From: Mytilus californianus
Lineage: Eukaryota
Direction: 5' to 3'
Length of the DNA stretch: 64,000 bases
Assembly: GCF_021869535.1 (NCBI RefSeq)
Contig: NW_026262745.1
Coordinates: 24,180,001-24,244,000 of the forward strand
Below the pieces are notes generated by a model that was not told where the DNA came from, searched no databases, and saw only the letters and a list, made by a program, of their open reading frames with translations. The stretch's first letter is position 1. Every line of letters starts with the position of its first letter. This document shows, piece by piece, positions 36,649 to 50,500 of this stretch. A program made the position numbers and the translations under genes.

Positions 36649-37123
36649 ACCAGACTCCAGCTAGCGAACAATAAGATGCACCAAGCTAGCGAACAATAAG
36701 ATGCATCAAGCTAGCGAACTATAAGAAAACGCGTCAACCTGATCATGCCTAAAAACCGAAGACTTGCAATAACATGAAGCGTCCTTTGAAATCAGAAAGC
36801 CGGGCATCTAAAATTCCTTTTAGCTAATCCTTTCTCTTTTTAGTGTTCTCTGATTAGAGATGGGTTTGTTGTCTTTATTATAATGACACAATTAATAACA
36901 ATTAATTCTCTAATCAGAGAACACTAAAAAGAGAAAGGATTAGCTAAAAGGAATTTTAGATGCCCGGCTTTCAGATTTCAAAGGACGTTTCATGTTATTG
37001 CAAGTCTTCGGTTTTTAGGCATGATCAAGTTGGCGCGTTTTCTTATTGTTCGCTAGCTTATTGTTCGCTAGCTTGATGCATCTTATTGTTCGCTGGCTTA
37101 TTGTTCGCTAGCTTGAGTCTGGT
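36649..37123. mobile_element. Foldback/Mutator-type MITE (475 bp, almost entirely palindromic)
   Basis: Arms 36649-36860 and 36907-37123 are reverse complements around a 46-bp spacer. Termini ACCAGACTC/GAGTCTGGT; subterminal GCTAGCGAACAATAAG repeats (3 left, 4 right); 9-bp TSD CAGGTTAAA/CATGTTAAA (1 mismatch). Confidence 0.9.
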
Positions 37124-39837
37124 CATGTTAAAGGTAAAGAAGAGATCTGAAACACCCGATTTCGTAATCGATAATTTTATTGATATAACCAGCTCTCATA
37201 TTTTCGCCTCTAGGTATCCATTGTACATGTGTGCTTAATGAAATTTCCTTCTGTAATTAACAATTAGAAAATGGAAATGGCTATCTTTTGAATTTGTTTT
37301 TTCAAACTTCCTGATAGAACAATTCTGACACACAATTTTATTTTTTTTGTAGCCATCTTAAGGATATTCCAGTGTACTGATGTTTGTCATTTAGTCGTTT
37401 TTCGTTTTTTGTCGTGGCTTTATCAGTTTGTTTTTAACTTGAGTGTTTGAGTTTGAATGTTCTTTTGGTATGTTTTGCCTCTCTTTTATTGATATGAGGT
37501 AAGGGTTTGTTTCATCACTGGAAAATTTTCTATGGAGATCATTTGGTCTTGTCCCCTCACTCGTGCTTAACTAACTTTGAAACGTTTGCATAGTTTACAT
37601 GTTATTGTGATTAGGTCAGTTTTAGATGAACCACTAATGGAAAGTCAATGATATTTAAACAGGTGTAGCACATGTCATTTCATGAAGATTATATGGACCC
37701 ACGCTAAAGTTTGCGATCAGGTCAAGCCACTTATTGTAAGTCAATGATATTTGGTATGCAGTTTTTACTAGCAATTGCAATTTCTCAGTTGCCTATCGAT
37801 TATCTGGCCCTTCACCTTCATTCATTGTTCGTTGACTAAGAATGTTTTGCATAGTTTACTTGTTAAAGTATTGCCATGATTTTTAATTCAAGATTTGCAT
37901 TATACTATCAAAATAAGATAAAGGCAAGGCATATCTCTGCATGTGTCACTAGGTTATTGTTAAAATATTTTGCATTCCTATTCAACCATGGAAAAATATG
38001 TGTTTGAAATCAGAGGCTGGTGGCTAATAGTCCAGTAAATCTATGTAGAAAAGGCATAAACATCAACAAAATTGCAACAGAAACTGTTTAAGTATTTGTG
38101 TGTCTAGGCGTCATGATATTTAATATACTAAAAGTCTGACAAATTTTAAAATAGCTTTGGAAATAGATGGATTTGGGTTAAAATCATAGTTTTTTCAACA
38201 AAAAAAATCATTGAAAACTGGGAATTTTTAATATCTATATTATTGATGGAGCAGCATATATCATTCCAATATAAATCTATTTGAAACATCACAAACATGA
38301 TTGTATAAAAAAAAAACTGACAAAAATTCTTGACCAGAAATTAGAATTTAGAGGCAAAAACAAAGATTTTATCATAAAATCTCCGAAAAAAGGAAACCGG
38401 AAAATTTGTCAAATGCTACTCCTTTTCCATCGTAACATAATTTGATGACTCTATACGGAAACTGACAAAATTTAATTACCAGAAAATGACTATTTGGAGT
38501 AAAAAAATAAGATTTTTATCATGAAATCTTAGAAAACAGGAACCGAAAAATTTGTCAAATGTAATGCAAATTCAGATTTGTTTGTCAATATTCTCCCAAT
38601 CATATATTGAATACGTTGAAATATTTAAAATCTCTCATGAAAAAAAACCAAAACAATATTTAAGATAAATATCTTTGTTAAATACTTCCTTTAAAAAAAA
38701 ATCATTCACACTTTAAAAGTAGATAAAATGTGTAATTATTATGATTCTGTCGAATTCAAACTTCTGTTGCCAAGAATTTTAAGGTATCTATAGAATTTAA
38801 ATTTCGTATAATCATATATTAACTGATCCAGAGCCTGAGAATAAGCTGGAAGAAAGGACTGTTGATACAAATTAGTGCGAGTTATAGGAACTGTATAAGT
38901 TTGACTTTGGCGCAGATTATAGTTGAAAGATTCAAATATAAGGGTTTCAATTTACAATTACAACTTATAAATAAATGATGTTTTCCTAGACTTAAGTATC
39001 ATGCAATCAGGACGCAATTAGCGGATTTGATGTAGAGACGTCATAAACAGTCAGAGAAAAGCACGACTTTTGCATTTTGTGCATTGCCAAGATATAAGTG
39101 CATAGTATCGACACGATGTAGGACCATAAGTTTTCTTATCTGTATATATGAAAATTCAAAATCATTGTCAGTACCGATAAAACAAAACAATTCAAAATTC
39201 TTACTACGGCGTTAAATTGATAACCTTTTCGAATAAGTTAACATGGATCGTAGCTGTTTTAGAAAATAAGTTTGTGTCACAATGTATCATCGCCTTTACT
39301 TGAGTTCCCCCCAACTTGCATCAGTTAATCCAGTTACAATTCTTACTGCCTCGAGATTTTTTTCTAAACGTAAACCACAGTTGTTTCATACTTCAAAAGA
39401 CATGTTCTAAAATTGGAAGAATATAAATGTCATGATGTAAAAATATTGTGTCCAAATACACAATTCAGTTTCAACTTTGAAAGGTTAAATTTCTTACGAA
39501 ATTAAGTACTTTTGAGGCCTTTTCTATCATAAATTAATATCTACTATCAGAAAAAGTAGACGCCAGGATATAACGTATGACGAAGATAGATATGTTTACA
39601 AAGATATATGTCAGTTTAATGTGCATGAGATAACGTTTCAATTTCTTAAAAAGAACAGACCATAATTTAGTCATTTCATTCAAAACGTTTTAACTTATAG
39701 TCTATAAACGAAGTTTTTTCTTTTTAACTATTATTGAATAAGGTTAAAAATCATCGAGTGTGAGTTATAATGTTAGTAATTATTCAAGTAAATGATCGAG
39801 TTTATATTGGTTTCTTTATATTCTACTTCCACTTATA

Positions 39838-40680
39838 AGAGAGGCGAACGATACCAAAGGGACATTCAAACTAAACAAACTGACAACGACATGGCTAATA
39901 AAGAAAAATACCAACAGATAAACAACAGTACACAAAACACAATATAGAAAACTAAAGACTGAGCAACACGAACCCAACCAAAAACTGGGGTGATCACAGG
40001 TGCTCCGGAAGGGTAAGCAGATCCTGCTCCGCATGTGGCACCATTTTTGTTGCTCATAGAAGTACAAACCTAGTGATAAATCTAATTTGGTAAGTCACAT
40101 TAGGGAAAACAGGTATGGGATTGTAGTTACGACAATTGAAACATATCAGTCGTCATCTGTGAAACAGATATTCTATACCGGTCAACCAACTCGTGATGGC
40201 GTCCGTAAAATTTACGAAGGGATGATTTCAACTTCACCACTTGGAACTCTTGGTTAAATAGCTTCCTTGTAAGCAGCAAACCTCTACCAAGAAATCATGA
40301 CAGGAAATACAAGGCCTGGAATATCGTATCAACTGGGAGATATATACTCCGTATGCAGGCGCTGCTTGAATGTTGCTACATAGAAATGGCAAGTTCACAA
40401 TTTGGAAGCTGAAATCATCTCTTTTGTTGTAAAGTTTGTTTTCACCCAACACTAATTGTCAATTTCTAGATGTAAGTCAAGATATTGAGCAGACTTAAAT
40501 TTATCTGTTGTATTCTTTATCTCAAGTGCGATGGGAAAGATGCGTTCAACATAGTCACCAAATTTTGAATTATTTAGTGAGAGAACACCATCTATATAGC
40601 AGAAAGTGAAGTCAAAGGATACTGCTAACTTCCTAAACTTTGAATTACTATTATTGTCGTACATAATGTGTATTTCTTTT
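39838..40680 (-). mobile_element. Penelope-like retroelement RT 3' fragment (degenerate)
   Basis: FDFTFCYIDGVLSLNNSKFGDYVERIFPIALEIKNTT...YLDLHLEIDN and LYNKRDDFSFQIVNLPFLCSNIQAAPAYGVYISQLIRYSR, with frameshifts and the same 3' tail as other copies. Confidence 0.8.
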
Positions 40681-41359
40681 ATGTAAGCTGTCTTATTTTA
40701 TAATGTACCAATTTTAACTCTGAAAATTACATATGAATATTTTTTACTTGTCTGTATATATTCATCACATATGCTGTTAGACGCATTTGTGGATCACCCG
40801 TCCGCAAGTGTCTCCGTTGTAAAGGGGTAGTTTCTAAATAAATAAATAAATATATATATAAAAGTCGGATTCTGGAAAGGACGACATTTCTTATGTTTTC
40901 TATAAAAAGTTTCTAAATGAAATGATGCCAATTTCTACTCGGACACCAACGTTGGTAGACAAGAACAATACTTTGCTTTTGATTCCACAATTTATATATA
41001 GAATAATGTGTTTTAAAATTTGCATTCACTCTTGATTGCCTTTATAAAAGTAATTAACGATTATCTAAATGTTGTGGCATACCATCCTTACTCTTTAACT
41101 TCGAATTTCCCGAATGTTTACTTTAGATGACCGTTATATCTGTGTGATTATCATGGATAGGTGAAGTTTGTCTAGGTTACAAAAGACGGAACTTATCAAA
41201 GGATTAAGTTTCTCACGTTACACAACAACAAACATTGCTTACGTTCAGTTTTTGTCCCCACTAACTAAATCTTGAGATTTCAGAGTAAATAGTTTTTCTC
41301 TTATAATTTAAAATTTCAAGTTCAACATTCGAATCGCATATCATTCAAAGTTTATATGT

Positions 41360-41945
41360 CACTATGTTGAACGCATCTATCACACCTAAATTGAAATAAG
41401 GACACAACAGATACAGTTAAATATAAGTCTGCCTCATATCTTGACTTACATCTAGAAATTGGCAATAAGGGTCCGTTGAGATAAAACTTTATGACAAAAT
41501 ATATGTTTTCAACTTCCCAATTGTGAATTTTCCATTTATGTGCAACAACATTCCAGCAACGTCCATTTCCTTTATATGTTCCTTGATAAAAGGTTGCTAC
41601 TTACAAGGAACCTATTAAACCAAGAGTTCCAAGTGGTAAAGTTAAAGTCATCCATTCGAAAATTTTACGGACGCCATCACGGGTTGCGTTATGGAATATG
41701 TGTTTCGCAGATGATGACGGATAGTTCCAATTGTCGTAACTATATCCCGTCCTCTTTTTCTAAAATATGAACTACCGAATAAGACTTTGTATCTACATGA
41801 GCAACACGACGAGTGCCACATGTGAAGCAGAATGATTACCCTTTCGGAGCACCGGAGACCTCCCCCTGTTTTGGTGGGGTTCGTGTTGCTCACTCTTTAG
41901 TTTTCTATATTGTGTTTTGTAGACTGTTGCATGTCTTCCGTTCAT
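41360..41945 (+). mobile_element. Penelope-like retroelement RT 3' fragment (degenerate)
   Basis: TATGTTGAACGCATCTATC...TATCTTGACTTACATCTAGAAATT; ORF piece LLLTRNLLNQEFQVVKLKSSIRKFYGRHH; shared 3' tail. Confidence 0.75.
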
Positions 41946-42976
41946 TTTATTTTTAATTTTAAGTTTGATTTGACGATATGACTGTATATACTAGAAATAC
42001 CCAGATATTAATTTTTTATGGCTTCTCTATCTTGAGTTTTCTGTACATCGTTTTTCTGACTTATTTTTTTTTCTTTTACATTAGCAAAAGCAACTGATCA
42101 TAATGTATCTGCCATACTAATAGCATGTAATAGGCTTTAATTTAGAACACACTTCGAACGCATATCGAAGGTGTTGTAAAATTTCAAAAACTCTTGCCAT
42201 GTATTTTCCTATCAATTAAATTGAGAATGGAAATGGGGAATGTGTCAAAGAAACAACAACTCGACCAAATAGCATACAACAGCCCAAGGCCACCAATGGG
42301 TCTTCAACACAGTGAGAAAAGTCCAGTATCGCCAATTACTATAGATTGTTTGGTTTTATTCATAGCATTCCGCATGCAGAGAAATTTCGTTATCTCCAAG
42401 CTGTGTCCTCTGATCTCGTATATCTTATGCCAACACTTAGTCGTGTTCAGTATATGGTGGGCGTCCAGGACGGGCCAAATAATGTGTACCTACGACTGAT
42501 TTCGCAAGAGAAAAGACCAGACGGTTTACATTTTACACCAGCAAATTATTTGTTGAAACTAATGCAGTGAATGTTTTTATTTGTTAAAAATATATTCGTT
42601 TATTCGAAATCAAGTTCAACCTCAGTTAGATTTTTTTAATTAAAAATAGAGCATTAAGATGCAGTTCTGATGGATATAAGTCACTTCAAACATTACATTG
42701 GAAAATTGTGTCACCATCAAAGTCATGTTTTTTCTCTGACTGTTAATGACGTCTTTACACTATATCCATTGGATGTTGGATGTGTACTGATTGATATTAT
42801 AGTCTTAGATACATGATTTTTTTTTTATATGTTTTTATCAGCTTTGAACTAGCTCTCAGAAACTACGAGTACTCTCATATATGTACTTATAGTGTCCTTT
42901 TTTTGTTGTTAGGGATGAGGGACGGATAAATACCTGCTACGACTGGTCGGTGTTTTATATGATGATTTTTTTATCC

Positions 42977-43990
42977 ATCTGATTCAAAAAACAAATTCTC
43001 TGAAACTGACATTATCAAGATGCTTGATTTTTTAATTGAAAACATATTTGTTACGTTTGGAGGACGTGTTTTTCAACGGCATTCACATGGAAACCAACTG
43101 TGCCTCTCTTCTTGCCGACTTGTTCCTATATCTTTTTAGGCTGATTTTATACAGGAACTCTAATGAACAGGAAGAAAGGAAAGAGGTTAGCAGTATCCTT
43201 TAACTTTACTTTCCGCTATATAGATGATGTTCCCTCACTAAATAATCCAACATTTGGTGACTATGTTGAACGCATCTATCCCATTGAACTTGAGATAAAG
43301 GATACAACTGATATACTTAAGTCTGACTCATATCTTGACTTACATCTAGAAATTGACAATAAGGGTCGGTTGAAAACAAAACTTTACGACAAAAGAGATG
43401 ATTTCAGCTTCCCAATTGTGAACTTTCCATTTCTATGTAGCAACATTCAAGCAGCGCCTGCATGCGGAGTATATATTTCCCAGTTGATACGACATTCCAG
43501 GGCTTGTACTTCCTATCATGACCTCCTTAATAGAGGTTTGCTGCTCACAAGGAAGCTATTAAACCAAGAGTTCCAAGTGGTGAAGTTGAAATCATCCCTT
43601 TTTTTTACGGATACCATCACGAGTTGGTTGACCGTTTTGGTATATCCGTTTCACAGATGATAGCGGAAAAGTTTCAAATGTCGTAACTACAATCCCGTCC
43701 CCTTTTCCCAAATGTGACCTACCGAATTAGACTTATTACCGGGTTTGTACTTACATGAGCAACACGACGGGTGCCACATGTGGAGCAGGATCTGCTTACC
43801 CTTCCGGAGCACCTGAGATCCCCTCTAGATTTTGGTTGGGTTCGTGTTGCTCAGTCTTTAGTTTTCTATATTGTGTTTTGTGTACTGTTGTTTGTCTGTT
43901 GGTCTTTTTTTCTTTTTAGCCATGATGTTGTCAGTTTATTTTCGACCTATGAGTTTGAATTTCCCTTTGATATATTTAGCCCATCTTTTA
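42977..43990 (+). mobile_element. Penelope-like retroelement RT fragment (longest copy)
   Basis: KFSETDIIKMLDFLIENIFVTFGGRVF.., NCASLLADLFL (frameshifted), then FNFTFRYIDDVPSLNN...YLDLHLEIDNKGRLKTKLYDKRDDFSFPIVNFPFLCSNIQAAPACGVYISQLIR. Followed by the 44020-44290 repeat. Confidence 0.85.
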
Positions 43991-46900
43991 AGCCTTTTTC
44001 AACTGATTTTTATAGTTTGTTCTTATTTTATGCTGTACACCACTTTCCCAGGTTAAAGGAGGGTTGAGCACTCACAAACATGTTTAACCCCGCCACAATC
44101 TGTATGTGCCTGTCCCAAGTCAGAAGCCTGTTGATCAGTGGTTGCCGTTAGTTCTGTCATATTTGTTTTTCGTAAATAGTTTTGTTATAAATTAGGTCGT
44201 TATTTTTCTCAATTGAATTGTTTCATATTCTTCATGTCGGGGCCTTTTATAGCTGACTATACGGTATAGGTTTTTCTCATTGTTAAAGGCCTGGAGATAT
44301 ATACAGATTAACATGTAAAAACATAACAAATCTCAAGATTAGAAGTACTAATTTTATATAATTACCTGTCGTAACGTGTTGAATATTTGAAGCACACTGC
44401 TTTAAGAAAACACAAAACACAAAAATACACGGATGTGCTGATTAAAATTGCTCATCGTAGTGAGCATGGAATGATTCAGGAACGTTTTTAGTACGCCTGG
44501 ATGCTACTGACGATAGTGATACCCAAAAAACTTGGAGGAACTGGGGAATCTGGTGAAATACGGTACATCGCCATGAAATATTCCTCATTTATGTGTCCTG
44601 TCGATATGGAGAGTGAATCCATGGTACACTAATGATCCACCCCCTGAAATGGGTTATTTGCTCAGTCCAGAAGTTCTGTGTCATCATTTCAAAATGGAAT
44701 GATAATGTTCTGTCTTTAAATCCTATTTAATGGAACCTTTAAATTCGAGCATGACATACATGTATATAATAGTTGACTAGTTTTGAAAGATTTGAATTCA
44801 AAGAGTATTTTTAAGATATTGACAATTCATAGTAGAGCTACTTGACTGACCTGGAGTCATGGGCCTCTGGCGAATCAGTTACAGGATATGATAGTTTTAC
44901 ATATATGCCTTGCTGAGATTGAGAATACTAATTGGCATCTGTTTATTTTTTGAACAAAGGTAATTTAGATAATGGCAAATTAAATAATTATCCATATTAT
45001 ATATTAGAAAATGTATATAGGTCATAGGTGACCTCCGGCACTCATTTCAAATGCATATGGGAGGTATAATTTTATTTAAAATATTTATTTGCAGTACATT
45101 GGGGCATATATATCTATTGACAAATGAAAGATGCAGGTACATTAGATACTTACAAATATGTACATAACAAAACATGACACATTTCAAATTTGAGGATAAA
45201 CTATTTGTTTTTAATTAAGAATCATAGTTCTAATGTAAAGATTTCTTGGGGGAATACAAAAATAATATTAATGCTTAGTTCTTTTTTTATATGGTACAGA
45301 TTCGTCATTGCGACATATCTAACTTTTTTTTTACTTTGATAAGGGACCAGGATGGTAAAGGCTGTTTTTGGCCCAATCTTAAAATTTCATTTAAATGTCA
45401 TGTTGTAATTCTATACCACAGACTATCTGAGAATGGTGATATTTTGAGTCTGTCATGTACATTGTATTGCCTTGCAACGACTTCAACTTTGGTGATAAAC
45501 TCAACAAGTATGCTCATTAAAAAGCTTTAATATATCTACACTAACAGGAATTTATACGTGTATATACTGTACAAAAATCTTTATTATTGCTCCATAGCAA
45601 CTAAAATTTGTCCATAGCTACGACAATTCATTTTTTGTTTACCAGGATTTAGCTTTCAAATTGAATATTTTGCATCGAAGCAGATAATTTAAGACACATT
45701 TTGTAAAATATACCAAACTCCGAAAAAAAAATGTCAATAATAAAAATCAATGCTAAATGTTCTTTACGGACAAAAATACAGACAAACAGTTTAATATTCA
45801 AGAGAAATTGGTAACGCAGTGTACTTCAAGGATACACTATTGAATAAGATAATCAAATTGCTCGTATGGTGAAATCGTTCATTAGATGTACACAATATAT
45901 ATTCTTTAAATCATATTAATTAATGATTTTATGATATATACTGATTTTATCTCTCGTGTTAGAATGATTTCTTCAAAGTTTTCTTATGCTTGAGGTGTAT
46001 ACTCTTGGTTTTTTTTTTCTCTCTTTGTTTTTTGTGTTTTTTGTTTTTTTTTACAGTTATGGCTATATACTACTTCACTTTCTTTCTTTCGACTATTTTG
46101 TTAATCAGCATTGTTATCCAAACCACTATCCAACCGAACTATTTGACCTCTTCATACATTATTTCGACCAAAATAGTAAATTAATACATATAGATATTTG
46201 GTCATCTCTCGCTCGGCAGTTAGGTGGTAAATTGGGGCGTCATTGTTTGCTGTACATGATGTATAAATAGACAGTCACAACAGATTGGATAGGAGGCGAT
46301 CTGATCTAATGTGGATTTAAGCAATTATAGGTTACCATACGGCTTTGACCAATGAGCAAAAATACCCATAGGAATTTGTTTTGCAAGTGTTGTTTTCAAT
46401 CAGAAAATTTAAAGAACCATCATATTAAAATGAAGAGTTTTATTTTCAGTTATCCACATATTTTCAAAATGGCCCATATAACCTTTAAGATCCTTTAAGT
46501 ATCGGAGTTGTATCTTTTATCTTTCAATTGTGTATAAACTTCTTCCATTCATGACCTCATTCATTCTTGTTTATCCTTTATTTTATAAAACAAGCGTCTT
46601 CCTCCACAGATTTTCCGCATGCTCCCCATATAATGCCCCTATAGGTAATTGAGGTCCAAGGGAGAAAGGAATGTATAAACTGCAGCGTTCAAGTCAGTAT
46701 AGTTGAATATTGTAAACAATGACTTCTTAATTATATCATTTAATTGAAATTCGGGCTAATAATACGTACTGTTGAAAAATATATCAACAAACAATGCATT
46801 TCTAATTTTAATATTTCTAAATTTTATGAATATAGTTTTGTTTACTGTAGGCTGATGTTGTCCGGTTGCCTAGTATATATATAAAAAATAAATGGAACAT

Positions 46901-47001
46901 TAAACTGGTGATGTGTTTGTTCCTTCACAATTTTGAGAATGTTTTATCCTATTTTAAATGCGTTTAATGCAACTCTACTAATTTTATCGCAACTTGTAAA
47001 T

Positions 47002-47079
47002 TATATAAATGTTTCTAAAATCTACTTTCGTTTTAATCCGGAAATGAAGAACTGATTACTGGCCTTTCCGAATTGAGGT
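47002..47079 (+). promoter_or_regulatory. Candidate core promoter/non-coding first exon of MIEAP-like gene C
   Basis: TATATAAAT (47002-47010), ACTTTCGTTTT (47024-47034; reverse complement AAAACGAAAGT, IRF-like), CCGGAAATG (47038-47046), donor GAG|GTATCA at 47077/47078. Acceptor TTTTTTAATAG near 47486 precedes the ATG exon. Confidence 0.4.
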
Positions 47080-47109
47080 ATCAAACAGGGTGTAATGAAT
47101 AATTTTATT

Positions 47110-47343
47110 ATGAGGTATGGTTTTTTGTCTGAGTCAGATTTTTTTTTTTAGTTTTTCAACGCTATCAATCAAATGGTTTTTTTTCAAAATTTTAACACTA
47201 TAAGGTATGGGGAAAATCTCAGAATATTTTTTTTGTCATCTGCTTGATCACAATATTTTTTTTCATCAAATTGGGGATCAGAATATTTTTTTAGGGAAAA
47301 ACCATAACCCCCGCCCCTTGAAGTTAAATGGTCGTTCCCTAAA
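47110..47343. mobile_element. Truncated MITE
   Basis: Right end CCCCTTGAAGTTAAATGGTCGTTCCCTA with internal AGAATATTTTTTT repeats. A related terminus (AAATCAAATGGTCCGTACCTTA) lies at ~3608-3630. Confidence 0.45.
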
Positions 47344-47528
47344 TGATTGAAAATTGAAAGGGGGGGGGGCGAAATAAAGTATACGTTATTCTTCACAATT
47401 CACAATCATTTATCGCTAGAAATTGATGCAGGTGACTTTCGATTTGGAAAATTATAACTTAAACTTCGAATGTTTTTTTTTAATAGCAGCACCTACATGT
47501 TTAGCAAAAGGAACATACTAATTAAGTC

Positions 47529-50500
47529 ATGTCAGTGGGTAGTTATTATATTCCACCAAGCCTTAGAAGCAGACCAGGCATCAATCAGATTTTGAAATTT
47601 TACCCATATTATAGAGAAACAGAGAATGAGTATAAAAGTTATCTAGAGAAAGAAGCTGCTTTTAAATCAAAGTATCAAGCTGAGGTAAGTTAAATTTTTC
47701 ATGATATCAGAAAGAAGAAAAAATTATATTTACGATAGGAATGCATGCAATACATTCTCAAAGGAGGAGGTTAATATTATAGAGGCATGATTATTTTGTC
47801 CCTTAAATTGGAAAAAATACAAATACTATTCAAGCCTTTCAAATTACTTCAATTGTATTGATAAATGAACATGATCATCTTCTTTTTATATATGTTGATA
47901 TAATCTGGAAATTCAATTCAGACAAGTTATTTGTGCCGGGGAAGCGTTAAAATGGGAAACGAAAACAAAACGCAATGAGAGAAACGAAAAAAAAAAAAAT
48001 CAAAACGAAACGAAACGAAACGAAACGAAACGAAACGAAACGAAACAAAACAAAACACAGTGAAAAATTCATAAAACGAAAGGAAACGAAATATATGGCG
48101 TTCTAAACCGAGTGGTCTTGATTGTGTTGCACCAACAATAATAGATAGATATACGAATAATGGGTTTCCCCACTAACTTTACTATTCAACCAGACTGAGT
48201 CACTCAGTGTTGGAAATTTTAATTACCATGCGTTAGGGAACACTTACATGTAACGCCTGTGTTAAAACAAGGCAGCTCTCCATCTGTGGTTCTAACTTTC
48301 GTTCCATATCCCCCGCTTGTGTTTTGTGTAAGGCGATAATATTATTTAAACATTTGCATCACATAACAACAAAGCACCAGTCTGGATTCCAGGCTAAAGC
48401 TTAAGGTTCCACAGGCTATCAATAATTGCTTGAATTTTATTACACAGTTATCTGTAATTTGGAAATAAGACGAGATGTAAGATTCATTTTTGTGCTATGT
48501 TAAACTCTGAAATTGGAAAAAGTTTGGCATAAGGGCTTGCTTTTATATAAATTAAGAACCCTAAGATAAGACAACTTTCGAGTTCGTTGCATTTCTGTCA
48601 AAAATTCAGGTTTAGTGAACATCGTTCGTGCGTTTAGGGAAAAAAAGTAGTATTACATTTCCCAGCTTTTGGTTGGCCTTTTGTTTACCCAAGGCAGGTG
48701 AAGGAAACCAACTTAGGAGCGCTGTGATTGGATGTAAGGGTACAATATATTTTTTTAAACGATCGCAAACAATTTGCGTTCGTATATTGCTATCACTTCG
48801 TCGTCGTTGTCGTCGTCGTCGTCGTCGTCGTCGTCCGAAGACATTTGGTTTCCGGACAATAACTTTAGTATAAGTGAACGGATCTCTATGAAATTTAATC
48901 ACAAGGTGCAATACCACAAAAGGAAGGTTGGGATTGATTTTTGGGGTTATGGTCCAAACTGTTTAGGAATTAGGGGTAAAAAAGGGGCCAAAAAAGGCAT
49001 TTTTCTAGTTTCCGGACAATAACTTGTGTATAAGTGTATGGATCTCTCTGAAACTGTACCACAAGGCTCCATACCACAAAGAGAAGGTTGGGATTGACTT
49101 AGGGGGTTATGGCCGAAACCGCTCAGGAATTAAGGGCAAAAAAAGGGGGAAAAACCAAGGTTTTTCTGGTTAATGTACAATTACTTAAGTATTAGTCTAT
49201 GGATCTCTCTGATATTGAACCACAAGGTTCCACACCACAAGGGAAGGTTGGGTTTGATTTTGGCTGTTATGGCTCAAATCGTTCAGGAATAAGGGGACAA
49301 AAAAGGGGGGAAGCAATGTTTTTCTGGTTTCCAGACAATTTCTTAAGTATTAGTTGATGGATCTCTATGAAATTGTACCGCAAGGTTCCATACCACACAC
49401 GGAAGATTGGGGTCGATTTTGGGGGTTATGGCTTTAATCGTTAAGAAACTAGAGGCCAAATAGGGGCCAAAACAAGACTTTTCTAATACTGGCTAAGCTG
49501 GTTCCAACATAAATTATTTCTGATCTATGTAAAGAAACAACAAATACTGATATGGCAGGAGATACACACCAAACAGGGTGTGTAAATTATTATATATAGT
49601 TTGTAAACAGATTTACTAAGTATTGCGCAACAGCAAAGTATTGCACAACAGCAAGAAATCTTCAATTGAAAATAAATACAAAATCAACCAAATTCAATGA
49701 TGATTAATTTAAAGTCTTGAATTGTTGGGGGTTTTTATCGTGTATTACTATATTGGATATTGGGGCCCCATTTTTGAATAGGTCTACATTGAGGTCCAAA
49801 GGGTCCAAAATTAGACTTTGTTTGATTTCATCAAAAACTGAATTCTTGTGGTTCTATGGTATGCTGAATCTAACTGTGTATTCAGATTTTTAATTTTGGG
49901 CCCTGTTTTCAAATTAGTCCATATTAAGGTCCAAAGGGTCCAAAATTAAACTTTGTTTGATTTCATCTAAAACTGAATTCATGGTTTTTTTTTATATGTT
50001 GAATCTAACCATGGAATTATATTTTGGATATTGGACCATTAGGTAGATTAAATGTCCCATTTCAAATTTTTAAGTTCTTTGACCACATTTATTCTGTGTC
50101 AGAAATCTATAATGTGTCAAATATTTAATCACTATCCAAATTCAGAGCTGAATATTGTGTCCATACTTGGCCCAACTGTTCAGAGTTCGACCTCTGCGGT
50201 CGTATCCAGCTGTTCCAGGCGGAGCGCATTTTTTGTTTATCTATGAATAACTGCAGTGTTTATATTTACAATATAAATTTTGAAAACCATTGAATATTTT
50301 CTTGACATTTATTCGAAAAGACTTCCAATATTTCATAAATTTGATGAAAAATGACGGTGGGCATGGATAACATAAACAAGCTCCGTTGGAAGATGGTCAT
50401 GATACTATTTGACTTCAATTTCTAAAACAGAATAATAAAGTACTAATACCACACATAACTGTTTTGTCCAGGTTTTTTTATTATAAAATGTGGTAAATTT

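Noticed and set aside
46420-46700. Minus-strand coding-looking stretch (LYIPFSLGPQLPIGALYGEHAENLW...)
   Set aside because: Multiple stops and no family I can recognise; possibly an old TE relic.
48612-49022. Poly-Arg/poly-Ser ORFs
   Set aside because: Translations of the (GTC)n microsatellite of a HINE.
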